Assembly: GCA_028281865.1 (NCBI GenBank)
Contig: JANQJB010000068.1
Span: forward strand, 1-60,354
DNA length: 60,354 nt
Direction: 5' to 3'
DNA from: Marinagarivorans sp.
GTDB lineage: Bacteria; Pseudomonadota; Gammaproteobacteria; Pseudomonadales; Cellvibrionaceae
In this document: one piece after another, positions 45,784 to 57,200 of the stretch
How positions within the stretch are numbered: the stretch's first letter is position 1
Layout of the letters: each line of letters opens with the position of its first letter
Notes under the pieces: generated by a model
Seen by the model: only the letters and a program-made list of their open reading frames with translations
What the model was told of the DNA's origin: nothing
Database searches by the model: none
Translations under genes and position numbers: made by a program

Positions 45784-48700
45784 ATGTTAGGTCGCCTGCC
45801 TATCACGTCAAAAATCACGTGTCTATTGTTTTCACTAGTACTATCAACTGGTACCTATGCACAGGCTTGTGACGATAATTACGTTGCAAATACTCCCGTT
45901 CGCGACGATATTCTGATCCTAGTTAACGATAATTCCGTTGACTCCTGCGAGGTAGGTTTACATTACGCACAAGCACGCAATGTGCCGAAAGAAAATATTA
46001 TTCATATCGCCTCGCCTGCATTATACAAAATCGAATGGGATGATTTTCGCAGTATGATGGATCAAATTATTTTTCATTTACAGCAGCCGTCACTATTAAA
46101 ACCTGATGCCCCTCCCGCTCCGGTGTGCGCCGGAGCCAACCCACTCTATTGTTCTGAATCTGCCGATCATCTGAGAAGTTTTACCAAAATTAAATATATA
46201 GTGACCACTAAAGGTGTGCCCACTAATACGCAAATGCCGATGTCTCCTCTTATTCCTGATTCAGGTGGCCGGGATACACACGCGACCTCTGTGGATAATC
46301 ACCTTAAATTTTGGCTTCTGCGATATTTCCCTGAACCGTCCCAATTTAATTTCCAAGAACGTGAAAATGACTTTAGCTCAGATGGCAGAACGCTGAGGAT
46401 TGTTGATGTTGAACACGATGGTGAGTTCATCGTAGGTCGTATCGACGGCTATGATCTCAATTCGGCAAAAGTGCTGGTAGACAGGACGATTCGCTCCGAA
46501 CAGCAAGGTATTTTTGGTACAATTTATGGATCGACAAAATTCAAACTACCCCAATACCAGCCAGATGCGCCCTGGGCAGAAAATGCTTGGCGCTACCAAT
46601 TTGGTCTCGTGGGTGAAAGCGACCCCGTGTGCCGCGATTTAAGCTATTCTTCCAACTCTGGGCAAGCCCCCTCCCACTGCAAAGCGAAATTTGGGCAACC
46701 GGGAAGTGGTCCGGCTGTTCCCGGCAATATTGGCTCTCGCGTAGTAGATGGCTCTGAGGCGTTGGTATACCTTGGGCATTTACAAGGCCACAGAAGTGGC
46801 GGCAACCAAGGAGGTAAAAAAGGCGATTTTCGTACGATATTAAATATTGTAAAAGCCTCGGGCTGCCAACCACGCCTCTGCAAGGATCACGCGTCGCCGA
46901 CAGATTGTCGCTTGTCATCAACCGATCCGCTGAGAGAACTTAACACAGAATGTGTCGGCGTCAACGAAGGGTTTATTGGATATAATCATCAATCATACCC
47001 AATGGCTAATTTTTCTCTTTGGCCAACCTCATGGACCGGACCTCGAGGTCATACAGTTCGAAATCTAGCGTATCCGCGTGTACGAGATAACGACGGTCAT
47101 GGTGTAACGGATTCGAATAGTATTTGGTTTACTAACCTAGAAGATATAAACACCCCAACGTGTTACCCAGTTGGACATAGCGATTTTTCTCAACTCCCCT
47201 CTGTACCTTGCGCTAACCAATATCATATTCGTCTGCACCAAGATGTTGATGATGCAATTATCGCTGAAGGCAACCAATATCGACTGCAATTTTGGTACAA
47301 AAGTAATGTAACTTCGGCAAAACGTTTAAATGTCACTTTAAAATTCAGTAACCCTGCGGAAACAAATTTTGGACAAGTCATTCATCAAGTGACGCTAAGT
47401 AATGTTAGCGACTGGACATTGGTAGGGCCTCTTGATTATACCGTGCCCACTCTCAGTGGTGCCGCAAATCGCTTAAGCTTAGAAATTAGTTCGATAGATA
47501 ATACAACGGATGCCGAAATTGGACTCGATGATTTTTCCCTGATTGACCTTGGAACAAGCATTGAACAACTTAACAACGGTCAATTTAATTTAGGTCACGA
47601 ACAAGATTCTGCTGGCGATCACGCTGCAATGTTTATTAGTCGTCTCGGCGGAGTTGGATTTTGGGGAAGCGTTAGTCACTATCAAAGTGGTGGGCATTCA
47701 TTCGGAGGCAGTGTTCTACGCGGACTTTATTATTATTTCAAAGGCTTACCCTTAGGCGACGCGGTCTGGTTCGGTGACTCAAATAATAGCGGCATATTTT
47801 ATGGCGACCCTGTTTACTCGCCGCTTGCTGTTCGATTTGATGATTTAAATTTAAGTATCGGCGACACTGCACTCACAAATTCAACCATTAGTTTATTTGG
47901 TCAGGCTTTTAACGGTAGGGATAATAATGCAGTTAATACAACGTATTACATCGACTACTGCAATCAAAGCCACGATTTTTATGTTTGCGATGATTTGAAT
48001 GCCTGGAACACCTCAAACATTAGCGGATCTGGGCAATATTTAGCTAATGGTACCGCATTGCAATTTGGCGATTGGGATACGACTGGATTAACTCCGGGTG
48101 ACTATCTTTTGCGCTTAAGAGTCGAAACTCAAAATGTCAGTTCAGGCAATCCGCAATCGGGCAAAACCCAGAGTTTCAATGATTACTATGCCCTTACTCT
48201 ATATAACGCTAACGATGATGATGACGGTGATCTTTTATCCAATGCAAGTGAACTTGCGCTTGGTACAGACCCAACTGATCCTGATAGTGACGACGATGGC
48301 CTAAATGATTTTGAAGAAAATCAAACGGGCGCCGACCCCTTACGACATGCCTCGGAAGTCGACAGCGACGATGATGGTATGCATGATGACTGGGAATTGG
48401 TACATGGCACCTCTGCATTAATTCAGGATGCCCTTGTCGATTTAGATGGGGATGGAGTCGATAACATTATTGAGTTTTTGCAAGGAACACTACCGACAGA
48501 TAACACATCCAAACCGTGTATAAAAACATGGTATGTCGATTCGGGTTTGCCGGCCTCAGGTGGAGATGGTTCAGTTGACAACCCGTTTAAAACGATTCGC
48601 GACGCTCTCGCAAGTCCTAGTGTTAACCACGGTGATACGCTCTTCTTAAAGTTTACATCGAGTGATACTTTTCAGTTTTATTATGATCCAACTCCAGTTG

Positions 48701-51231
48701 ACATAGATAAGAGTGTTAAAATTATTGGCTCTGATGAAGGGATAATTTATTTATTTGCACCACTTTATTTTTCCGGTGTGAAGTGGGGCGGCATCTACAA
48801 TGTTAATTTGGCAGGGTCTCTTATACTTACAGAGAACAGTGAAATATCCAATTTTTCACTGGAGCGAAATATTATAAGTACACAGCGTATTAATTTGTTT
48901 GATGCCAAACGTGTATTGATTAAAAATAATATACTACTTAAAAATGTGGCGACTCAAACCGGGATTGATATGGGCACATCGAGTCATAGTGTTATCGAAA
49001 ATAACACCATTGTTAATTTCGACTCAGGTGTGGGTGTTGATCGTGTCAACGCTACAGAATATCTCGTCCAAAATAATATTTTCTGGAATAACGTGAATGA
49101 TCTGGCGGGATTTTCAACATCAGATTCTATTCGCAACAATATTTTGGGTACAGGACTTTTTGACGGTATCAATGAAAACTTTAATGCAGACCCTTTATTT
49201 TTAAATACGAGTGATTTTAACTCTCCAGATTTCTATCGGTTAACTAGTTTTACTTCTCCGGCGATTGATAAAGGTCATCGATTATCGCGATTTGAAAATG
49301 AGCCTAACCCCTTGCATGGCTCGGTTAACGGTGGGCGCATTAATCTCGGTGCCTTTGGCAATACATCCGGAGCGGCACCTTCGTTAGACTCTGATAGCGA
49401 TGGAATTTCGGATCAAGAAGAAATAGAAATCGGCACTTCCCCCATTTCTCCGAGTGTTGATGACCTAGACGTCGACAATCTACCCGATGACTGGGAATTT
49501 GCCCGCTGCAATAATCAAAATTGTATCTCGAGCAATGATGATCCTGATGGTGACGGACATACCAATTATATGGAGTATATAAATGGAAGCCTACCGCAAG
49601 AAAATCAATCTTTTAGATTGGGCGCTTGGAAAACTCTGACCGAAACATTTCCACTTCCCGTTGCAAGTGCCGATATAGAGGCTAATACATTAACTTCAGG
49701 TCACTGGCTGCCTGTTGCAAACGATAGTTCCACATTAATTATTGTCTCTGCAAATCACGCTAATGTTGGCTCCTATCACGCTAAATCAAATGGGGGAGTC
49801 ACTGGCTATAACACATCCGAAATAGCACAAATTATTGATGTCACACAATATGCGAGCGATATAGATTTGGGTTTAATGAGTGGTGATTTTTCAGCCTTTG
49901 GCCATTCCACACAAGCTGGATGGGACTATGCTCGTATCCGAGTTGAATTTCTCGATGAAAACGAAGCCCTTATCGCGGACGGGGGACAATCTATTAATGA
50001 TGACGGAGACGGAATATGGAAACAAATGAAAATCAGCAATTCAAAACTTCCATTTGGTACACGAAAAATTCGCCTCGTTATCGGAGTCGTGCGAACCGGC
50101 GGAAATAACACCGATGCGCTGGTGGATGGTCAAGTAGAAGCGGCGTTAACAAGAACAGAAGTCGTATCGTTCAATCCACTCAATATTCGCGGGGCCGATA
50201 TCGAGCTTGATTCCATTGCGTGTGACGCTTGGCAACAAGCACCCAATTCAACCGGCGCGATTTTAAACATTGTACCGAGCCAAGATACCATCGCCGGAGT
50301 TGCCCGAGGCCAAGTGAATGGAGGTTCCTCAGGCGGCAATGTGACTAAAGCAGAGCTTGAACAAGTAATTGAAATCGCTGATTTGGGATACAACAAACAA
50401 ATTGAAGCGGGCTTGGTTAAACTCAAACTCAGCACTTATGCGCGCTCAAATCAGTTGGGCGACTTCGCTCAGCTGAGCATTGAATTTCTTGATGAAGCTG
50501 GCCTATCTCTCGGGTTTCAAGAAAGCGCATTTGAGGATTACAACGACGGAGTATGGCGAGAGTTTGTTTTTTATAGCCAATCGTTACCGCCAAAAACACG
50601 GAAAATTAAATTACTCGCAGGGCTTGTTCGATCGGGTGGTGTCACTACCGATGCTATTTTAGATGGCCCAGTGCGCGGTCATTTGGTGTTTTCAGAAAAG
50701 CAAAATGTTTTTCCGCTTTACGTTCAAGGTTCAGCTATTGAAGCCGGCGATATTGCGACGGCCAAATGGAATCGCCTAAGCGACGGCAATGGTTCAATCA
50801 TTCAAATTGACAGCGGCGGCGCGTACACCGGTGCGACCAGGGCACGCTCAGCGGGTGGGATTTTTGGCGATAATACCTCAGAAATCGAACAGATTATTCC
50901 ATTAGGAACACTTGGTTTAAACAATGAAATTGATAATAGCCAAACGACGATTAGTTTTTCCGCATATGGACAGTCTCGCCAGGTGGACGACTCCGCGCAT
51001 TTATGGTTCGAATTTTTGGATGAGAACAACCAATCCATTAGTACCATTGGTCCTGCCAGCATAGCAAATGGCTCCGTTACATGGACAAAATTAGAATTTG
51101 AAAATATTGCAATTCCACCCCATTCTCGTTTTGTTCGTTTGCTTCTTGGCTTACGACGCATCAACGGACAAACCACCGACGCGTCTTTCGATGGGCCGGT
51201 TGAAGGGCGAATTAATATAGTTGAAGAATAA
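45784..51231 (+). CDS. Giant secreted Ca-binding repeat protein. It has a signal peptide, thrombospondin-type-3-like Asp-rich repeats, a right-handed parallel beta-helix region, and three tandem ~178-aa C-terminal domains.
   Basis: 1815 aa. Signal peptide LLFSLVLSTGTYAQA. D.D.DG..D repeats (NDDDDGDLLSNASELALGTDPTDPDSDDDGLNDFEEN..., DSDSDGISDQEE..., DDPDGDGHTNYMEY). Beta-helix NN(I)..NN repeats (NNIFWNN, NNILG). Three homologous C-terminal units starting at about 49817, 50356 and 50884. Confidence 0.8.
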   Translation: MLGRLPITSKITCLLFSLVLSTGTYAQACDDNYVANTPVRDDILILVNDNSVDSCEVGLHYAQARNVPKENIIHIASPALYKIEWDDFRSMMDQIIFHLQQPSLLKPDAPPAPVCAGANPLYCSESADHLRSFTKIKYIVTTKGVPTNTQMPMSPLIPDSGGRDTHATSVDNHLKFWLLRYFPEPSQFNFQERENDFSSDGRTLRIVDVEHDGEFIVGRIDGYDLNSAKVLVDRTIRSEQQGIFGTIYGSTKFKLPQYQPDAPWAENAWRYQFGLVGESDPVCRDLSYSSNSGQAPSHCKAKFGQPGSGPAVPGNIGSRVVDGSEALVYLGHLQGHRSGGNQGGKKGDFRTILNIVKASGCQPRLCKDHASPTDCRLSSTDPLRELNTECVGVNEGFIGYNHQSYPMANFSLWPTSWTGPRGHTVRNLAYPRVRDNDGHGVTDSNSIWFTNLEDINTPTCYPVGHSDFSQLPSVPCANQYHIRLHQDVDDAIIAEGNQYRLQFWYKSNVTSAKRLNVTLKFSNPAETNFGQVIHQVTLSNVSDWTLVGPLDYTVPTLSGAANRLSLEISSIDNTTDAEIGLDDFSLIDLGTSIEQLNNGQFNLGHEQDSAGDHAAMFISRLGGVGFWGSVSHYQSGGHSFGGSVLRGLYYYFKGLPLGDAVWFGDSNNSGIFYGDPVYSPLAVRFDDLNLSIGDTALTNSTISLFGQAFNGRDNNAVNTTYYIDYCNQSHDFYVCDDLNAWNTSNISGSGQYLANGTALQFGDWDTTGLTPGDYLLRLRVETQNVSSGNPQSGKTQSFNDYYALTLYNANDDDDGDLLSNASELALGTDPTDPDSDDDGLNDFEENQTGADPLRHASEVDSDDDGMHDDWELVHGTSALIQDALVDLDGDGVDNIIEFLQGTLPTDNTSKPCIKTWYVDSGLPASGGDGSVDNPFKTIRDALASPSVNHGDTLFLKFTSSDTFQFYYDPTPVDIDKSVKIIGSDEGIIYLFAPLYFSGVKWGGIYNVNLAGSLILTENSEISNFSLERNIISTQRINLFDAKRVLIKNNILLKNVATQTGIDMGTSSHSVIENNTIVNFDSGVGVDRVNATEYLVQNNIFWNNVNDLAGFSTSDSIRNNILGTGLFDGINENFNADPLFLNTSDFNSPDFYRLTSFTSPAIDKGHRLSRFENEPNPLHGSVNGGRINLGAFGNTSGAAPSLDSDSDGISDQEEIEIGTSPISPSVDDLDVDNLPDDWEFARCNNQNCISSNDDPDGDGHTNYMEYINGSLPQENQSFRLGAWKTLTETFPLPVASADIEANTLTSGHWLPVANDSSTLIIVSANHANVGSYHAKSNGGVTGYNTSEIAQIIDVTQYASDIDLGLMSGDFSAFGHSTQAGWDYARIRVEFLDENEALIADGGQSINDDGDGIWKQMKISNSKLPFGTRKIRLVIGVVRTGGNNTDALVDGQVEAALTRTEVVSFNPLNIRGADIELDSIACDAWQQAPNSTGAILNIVPSQDTIAGVARGQVNGGSSGGNVTKAELEQVIEIADLGYNKQIEAGLVKLKLSTYARSNQLGDFAQLSIEFLDEAGLSLGFQESAFEDYNDGVWREFVFYSQSLPPKTRKIKLLAGLVRSGGVTTDAILDGPVRGHLVFSEKQNVFPLYVQGSAIEAGDIATAKWNRLSDGNGSIIQIDSGGAYTGATRARSAGGIFGDNTSEIEQIIPLGTLGLNNEIDNSQTTISFSAYGQSRQVDDSAHLWFEFLDENNQSISTIGPASIANGSVTWTKLEFENIAIPPHSRFVRLLLGLRRINGQTTDASFDGPVEGRINIVEE

Positions 51232-51572
51232 TAACCAATAGAAGAATTTGACAGGCACAGACAATACGCTTAATTGTGGAAAAACAGCAATTGTGGCGGA
51301 TAAGGTCCAGAGGAAGGACAGCAGCGTATCTCCAAATGCTTAATCCGTCGTATTTCAATTTAATACCCAAGCGTTCAGTTGTATGTTGAAAGCTTCGTAA
51401 AGATGTGAAAATCGATTTAGACCTATCTTATCTTTTAATTAATTACTTTATCAATTCTTAAACTTTAATCTTTTCCTCTGTTTTCTCTTACTTGCATGGT
51501 CATGGCGTGCCTTTTCTAACGAGTTAAAAAACTGAAACATTACTTACGATTACATTGCCACTGAACGAATAT

Positions 51573-52445
51573 CTACGCGCTAATTCTATTCGCAATCTCC
51601 TTCAACCGAATGGCTTGTTGCGTATAAAGCGGCAATTCAGCCACTTTTGCAATGTAATCGAAAACGTACATAAGCATAGCAACAATTAATCCGTAATCAG
51701 CTATGCCGTCACTAACAGCCGCTATTGGGGCGTAGACAAACAAAGCAATTATGCCAAGCCATAAAGCAAAATAGGTACCGGTCTCAAGGTCGCTGAGTTT
51801 TATATTCCATTGCATTAAAAGTTTAAAATGTTGTTGAACAAGATTGATGTCAGGCTGTTTAATTACTTCCACTTGGTTTTCCAGTTCGCTGTTATAACCT
51901 TCGTTAAGTCGGTAATTTAAATTGCCAATCGCTAAATAAATTACCACAACTAAAACAAGTAAAGCCAAGCAGGCAAGAAACACATTTACATTTAAAGCAC
52001 TAATAATTATCAGCACCCCCACCATGCCAATGATGGCGGTGAAAACTTGCGGTAGTGCATTTTCAAAGAACTCGACAAGTTCGGTTAGCAAACCGGAGCG
52101 CGCAGCAATGGTTGATACAGACTGACTTCTAGTTTTTTCCCGCGCGACCATTTCAGGTGTAACAGTTTGGTAAATATGCGCATAGATTCGCGTGTCGTAA
52201 AATCGCCGGGCGCTGCCGACAATTACTGAAGCAGCACCTAAACCCACCAGTAAATAGATGCTATTAAACGACCCCTTAAGTAAATCGTTGATGGCCCAGC
52301 CGATAAAGAGCGGATAAAGCAACTCCAGCAAGGTTTCAATAATGACCAATGACAAGGTCAGAGAAATTCGCCATTTAAAGCGCAGAAAAATAGCAGTCAA
52401 AGACAAGGTACTATTTTTTTCAATATCGGGAGCTGACCGCGCCAA
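51573..52445 (-). pseudogene. ABC-exporter transmembrane-domain-only ORF with no nucleotide-binding domain. Likely a truncated remnant.
   Basis: 290 aa resembling a type-I ABC exporter TMD. It ends where the NBD would start, and the next 340 bp downstream are non-coding. Confidence 0.4.
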
Positions 52446-52463
52446 TTATCAACACTCCCAATA

Positions 52464-53030
52464 TTAACGCGCGACGCCGTTGCAAAATGTGTGAAAGGCC
52501 AAGTCGGCAAGCACATCGTGCTTCATAGGCTTTTCCTTGTTAGTGAGCCAAGCCGTGTAGAGCAAACCTTCAACCAGGTTTACTACCCAGGCAATTGGAA
52601 TGTCCTTTGACATGCTACCTTCTGCTTGGGCACCTTTAACCAACTCGGCGATATCATTCGCTTGCCGTCGATAGATAGCAAAAACTTCTGGATCGCCCTC
52701 TTCAAGATCGCCAAGTTTCATTAAAAATTCCATTTCCGCCGACAGCGGAAAAATAGCTTTAAACATTAAATGAAAAGCGTGCAAAGCTGATTTCGCCTCG
52801 CTTTCTAGTTGCTCGGTAGCGCGCTCGAATGAATCCAAACAATGGATGGCAATTGCCTTGATCAGTTTTTCTTTGGTGTCGTAAAGGCGATATAGCGTGG
52901 TGCGCCCCACTCCGGCTTCCCGTGCGATATCGCTCAGGGAAGCCTCGCTGTTTTTACTTAATAGCTGCATACCAGCCTTGATTATCGCGGCTTGGGACTT
53001 TTGTATGCGTGCGTCTATTTGCTCTGGCAT
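52464..53030 (-). CDS. TetR-family transcriptional repressor
   Basis: 188 aa. N-terminal HTH LSDIAREAGVGRTTLYRLYDTKEKL. Divergent from the RND efflux operon. Confidence 0.9.
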   Translation of the reverse strand: MPEQIDARIQKSQAAIIKAGMQLLSKNSEASLSDIAREAGVGRTTLYRLYDTKEKLIKAIAIHCLDSFERATEQLESEAKSALHAFHLMFKAIFPLSAEMEFLMKLGDLEEGDPEVFAIYRRQANDIAELVKGAQAEGSMSKDIPIAWVVNLVEGLLYTAWLTNKEKPMKHDVLADLAFHTFCNGVAR

Positions 53031-53048
53031 CGGAAATTACTCAGTTTT

Positions 53049-53105
53049 TATGAAACATACTTGTATCATAAATAAATTTTAGATATGGTACAAGTATGTT
53101 TCATA
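53049..53105. promoter_or_regulatory. 20-bp inverted repeat (19/20 match) with a 17-bp spacer between tetR and the RND operon. Candidate TetR operator.
   Basis: Arm 1 TATGAAACATACTTGTATCA (53049-53068). Arm 2 TGGTACAAGTATGTTTCATA (53086-53105) is its reverse complement with one mismatch. Confidence 0.5.
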
Positions 53106-53123
53106 AATTTCAGGTTGTCATTC

Positions 53124-54275
53124 ATGGTGAGCATTACAGTGAAGTGGTTAAAACAGCGAGCGGTCGGCATTGTCGCCACCGTATTGCTGGTCACGATGGC
53201 GTTGTGGCTGATGGACGAGCAGCAACCTGCTGCGACGGCAGACAAACCCAAGAATGCGGGGCTAGCGGTTACCGTTGTTGAAGTGATACCGACGAATGCG
53301 CAAATCAAAATCAATGTTACGGGCATAACCAGGGCTCGCTGGTCTACTGAAATTACCGCTTCGGTGAGTGGGCGCGTGCTTGAAGTAGCAAATAGCGCAA
53401 CCCCCGGCAGCCTGGTGAAAAAGGGCGAAGTGCTTGCCTCGCTACAAGATGTTTTTTATCAGGCTGAATTAGGGGCGGCGCAGGCCGGGTTGTCAGAGGC
53501 CGAACTCAATTTGGCAGAAGTGCTTAAGCGCCAACAAGTTGCGAAAAAAAGCGATAACGCAAAATCCGCTTTTGGTCGACTAGAGCCTCACGTCAAAGCG
53601 GCTGAGGCTAAGCGCCAAGCAGCCAGATCCTCCCTAGCGTCCGCCAAGCAACAACTTGCTGATACGCAAATCAAAGCGCCATTTGACGCTGTCGTTATCA
53701 GCGATTCGATTCATCCGGGTCAGTGGGTCAACGCGGGGGATAGCGTGTTCCAGTTGGCGGCTAGTGATTATCTGGATATAAAAGTGGAGCTTTCGGAACA
53801 GAACTGGCAGCGATTAAACGGCATTCAACAACAGCTCAGTGAAACAAGCGTAAAAGATATCACGGCAAAAGACATAACAATCGTTACACCGAATGGACAA
53901 CAGTGGCAGGCTTCGATCCGCTATTTGAGTCCGGTCATGGATGCGGTCACGCGACAACGCAGCTTAATGTTGCAGGTAGCTAAGCCATTTCAGCACTCTG
54001 AACCTTTACTCGCAGAGCAACAAGTGAACATCGTGTTTCCGGGCGAGACACGCAAGCATGTCGTGACGGCACCGGCATCGGTACTAACTGAAGACGGCAA
54101 AGTCTGGAGTGTTGTCGACCACTCTCTGCGCTTGGAAGCCATAGACTTACTCGATGAGCAACCGGAGTCAATATTGTTCCGCTACCGGGATCGGCCCGAA
54201 CAAAAACGTTTACTTGTGCGTTTTCCGTTAAATAGTTTTTTGCAGGGGCAGTCGGTCGCAACGACTTCCTTTTAG
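53124..54275 (+). CDS. RND efflux membrane-fusion (periplasmic adaptor) protein
   Basis: N-terminal TM, coiled-coil hairpin, HlyD-like domains. The track start 53085 lies inside the operator. The ATG at 53124 is the more likely start. Confidence 0.85.
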   Translation: MVSITVKWLKQRAVGIVATVLLVTMALWLMDEQQPAATADKPKNAGLAVTVVEVIPTNAQIKINVTGITRARWSTEITASVSGRVLEVANSATPGSLVKKGEVLASLQDVFYQAELGAAQAGLSEAELNLAEVLKRQQVAKKSDNAKSAFGRLEPHVKAAEAKRQAARSSLASAKQQLADTQIKAPFDAVVISDSIHPGQWVNAGDSVFQLAASDYLDIKVELSEQNWQRLNGIQQQLSETSVKDITAKDITIVTPNGQQWQASIRYLSPVMDAVTRQRSLMLQVAKPFQHSEPLLAEQQVNIVFPGETRKHVVTAPASVLTEDGKVWSVVDHSLRLEAIDLLDEQPESILFRYRDRPEQKRLLVRFPLNSFLQGQSVATTSF

Positions 54276-54284
54276 GTTGCCATT

Positions 54285-57200
54285 ATGAAAACACTGACAC
54301 GCTGGTTCTTAGATAACCCGGTTGCGGCCAACCTATTGATGGTCTTTATCATCGCCGCGGGATTGCTCACTTTGCCAAACCTGCGCGTTGAAAGCTTTCC
54401 GCAAATTCCACCGACAGAAGTAGAAATCTCAGTGGTTTATCCCGGAGGTACAGCACGCCAGGTGGATGAGGGCATTACCCAGAGAATTGAAGCAGCAATC
54501 AGCGGAGTTGCCGGCATAAATCGTATTACCAGCCAATCGCATAACGGTTATGCATCGGTGCTGGTGAAGAAAAATACCGGCGTAAAGCTGGATCGACTGA
54601 TCGATGATATCCGCAATCAAGTGGAGAGCATTGAAGGTTTTCCGGCATTGGCTGAACGCCCGAGAATTTATCGCAATGAATATACGAATCTTGCTTCGTT
54701 TGTCATGGTTTACGGCGGTGATAGCAATGAACTGCTGCAGCAAGCATCTTCTCGCGTTGAGAGAGCACTTAAAAAACACCCCAAAATCTCGAAAGTAACT
54801 AACCTCGGCAAAAGGAAACGACTGTTAGCCGTCGAGCCCGATGCAGAACAATTAAAGCGCTATGGCCTATCGATAGAAGAACTTGCTGATCGCCTGCGCC
54901 AGTGGTCAGTGGAATATCGCAGTGGCGAATTGCGAACAGCCCGCGGCAGCATCCTCTTGCAGGGCAGCACTGTGGCCGACAATCTGCGTGAGTTAGAAAA
55001 TATTCCTATTATCACGACCGAATATACTCGCGTGACCTTGGGTGATATCGCTGCAGTCCGGCGCGATTATGAACAAACCGATAGCATTGTTCGTTATCAG
55101 GGACAGCCCGCAATCGCACTGATGGTATCCACCAGTCAAAAAGATAACCTGTTTCATATCAGCGAAGCCACCGAGTCGGTATTGGGCTCGCTGAAACCAA
55201 CATTGCCGCAAAACATCGGGCTCGATGTGATGGCGGATATGTCTCCCTACATTGACGAGCAGCTAGATCTACTCAGTACTAACGCGTGGCAGGGGTTGCT
55301 GATTGTTTTAGTGTTGTTGGCTCTTTTTTTAGAGGTGCGCTTGGCTTTTTGGGTCGCGCTGGGTATTCCCGTATCCCTTGCAGGCGCCGCGACGCTGATG
55401 GGCTTGCCGGCGCTGGATTACAGCATCAATGACATTACCTTATTCGGCATGATTCTGGTTTTAGGTGTGTTAGTGGATGACGCTGTGGTAGTTGGCGAAA
55501 GTATTCACCAGGCTCGACAGGTAAACAAAGACCCGAAAGAAGCAGCCTGGCAAGGCGTGGAGGCCGTTGCCGTACCCACAATTTTTGGTGCGTTAACCAC
55601 TATTGCAGCCTTCTCTCCGATGCTGTGGATTCAGAATGAGCTGGCAAAAGTGTTAGCGGGCTTTTCCGCAGTGGTTATTTTTGCACTGATATTTTCGCTG
55701 ATCGAAAGTAAATTTATTTTGCCGACTCACCTAAGTTATGTCGCCCGCCAACGCAGAACAAGCGTGGTTGAACAATGGCTGATAAAAGCCAGAGTGCTGT
55801 GCAACCGCGCGCTAGATTGCTTTACCAGTCGTGTTTATTCGCCTCTTTTGTTAGTTAGCTTGGCTAATCGAAAGACAAGTATTGCGTTGTTTATCAGCTT
55901 TGTTTTACTCGCCTATGGCGCCTTAATGAAAAAGCATATCGATTCGGTATTTTTCCCAGAAATACCCGGGCGTTATGCCAGCGTTAAAGTGACCATGCAG
56001 CACGGCGTTGCCAATGCCTTAACCGACCGCAATTTTGCTCAACTGGAGCAGGCGATCGAACGCACGGCTGACGCACTGCAACAAGCCTACGCACTGCCAC
56101 AATCGCCAGTCAGTAAATATATCGTGGCAAAAGAAAATGCCGAAAATATCGAATTGACCGCCGAACTTACATCGAGCGCGTTGGCTAAAGTACCAAGCGA
56201 TCACTTCTTGGCTGAGCTGCGCCAACACACAGGAAACCTCGAAGGCAGTTATGCAATAAAGTTCAGTCTCGCAGAAGAGCCCGCCGGCGGCACAGCCATT
56301 TCGGTTTCTGCGCGCAATCGGGATTTGGCAAAACAAGTCGCCAATCGCATCAAGGTTGCATTAGCACAGTTGCCTGGTGTTAACGATGTTTACGATGACA
56401 GCCAGCTAGCCAAAAGACAGCTAAAAGTCAGCGTTAATGAAAGAGGAAGCGCCTTGGGTATTGATCAAAGCCGTTTGGCAACACTCGTGGGCGGCGCGTT
56501 CGGGCAAATAGAAATCCATCGCTTGCTAGATAAAAACGAAGAGACTCAGGTAATCGTTCGTTTTCCGGAAACCCAGACTAAAACAATCGAGCAACTAAAA
56601 GCGACGCCTGTGTTACTGGCCGCAAATAGATATGTCAGTTTAGGCGAGATTAGCCATCTTGAATACGAACGCGAACCAGAGGTAATTTATCGCCGCAATC
56701 GCGATGAGGTCGTGAGCATCTACTGGCGACAAAATCGCTCCATCAGTTCACCTGAAAGCACTTGGGAAAGACTAAAGGCAGAAGCTGTGTTGGACCTACA
56801 GCGGCTTTACCCCGATGTCACAATTACGGCCGTGGGAGAATTTGCTGAAATTATTGAGGTGCAGGCAGGGTTTAAAAAAGCAATGTTACTAACGTTGTTA
56901 CTTATCTACATTTTGCTTGCGATACCTTTGAAATCTTATTGGCAGCCTTTCATTATTATGTCCGTAATTCCAATGGGCTTTGCTGGAGCCATTATTGGAC
57001 ACGGACTGCTTGGGCTTCCGGTAAGTGTGTTATCGCTGTTTGGCATGATGGCAATGACCGGTGTTGTGATTAACGATTCGCTAGTATTAATGAGTCGCTT
57101 TAATCAGCTCCATGATTCAGGCTTATCGATAAAATCGGCACTGATTGAAGCGGGGAAAAGTAGGCTACGTGCAATTTTCTTAACGACGGTAACCACAGTA

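Noticed and set aside
46541-50435. Multiple short minus-strand ORFs inside the giant gene (46541..46921, 48209..48418, 50130..50435, and others)
   Set aside because: Nested in alternative frames within a continuous 1815-codon ORF that has coherent domain structure.
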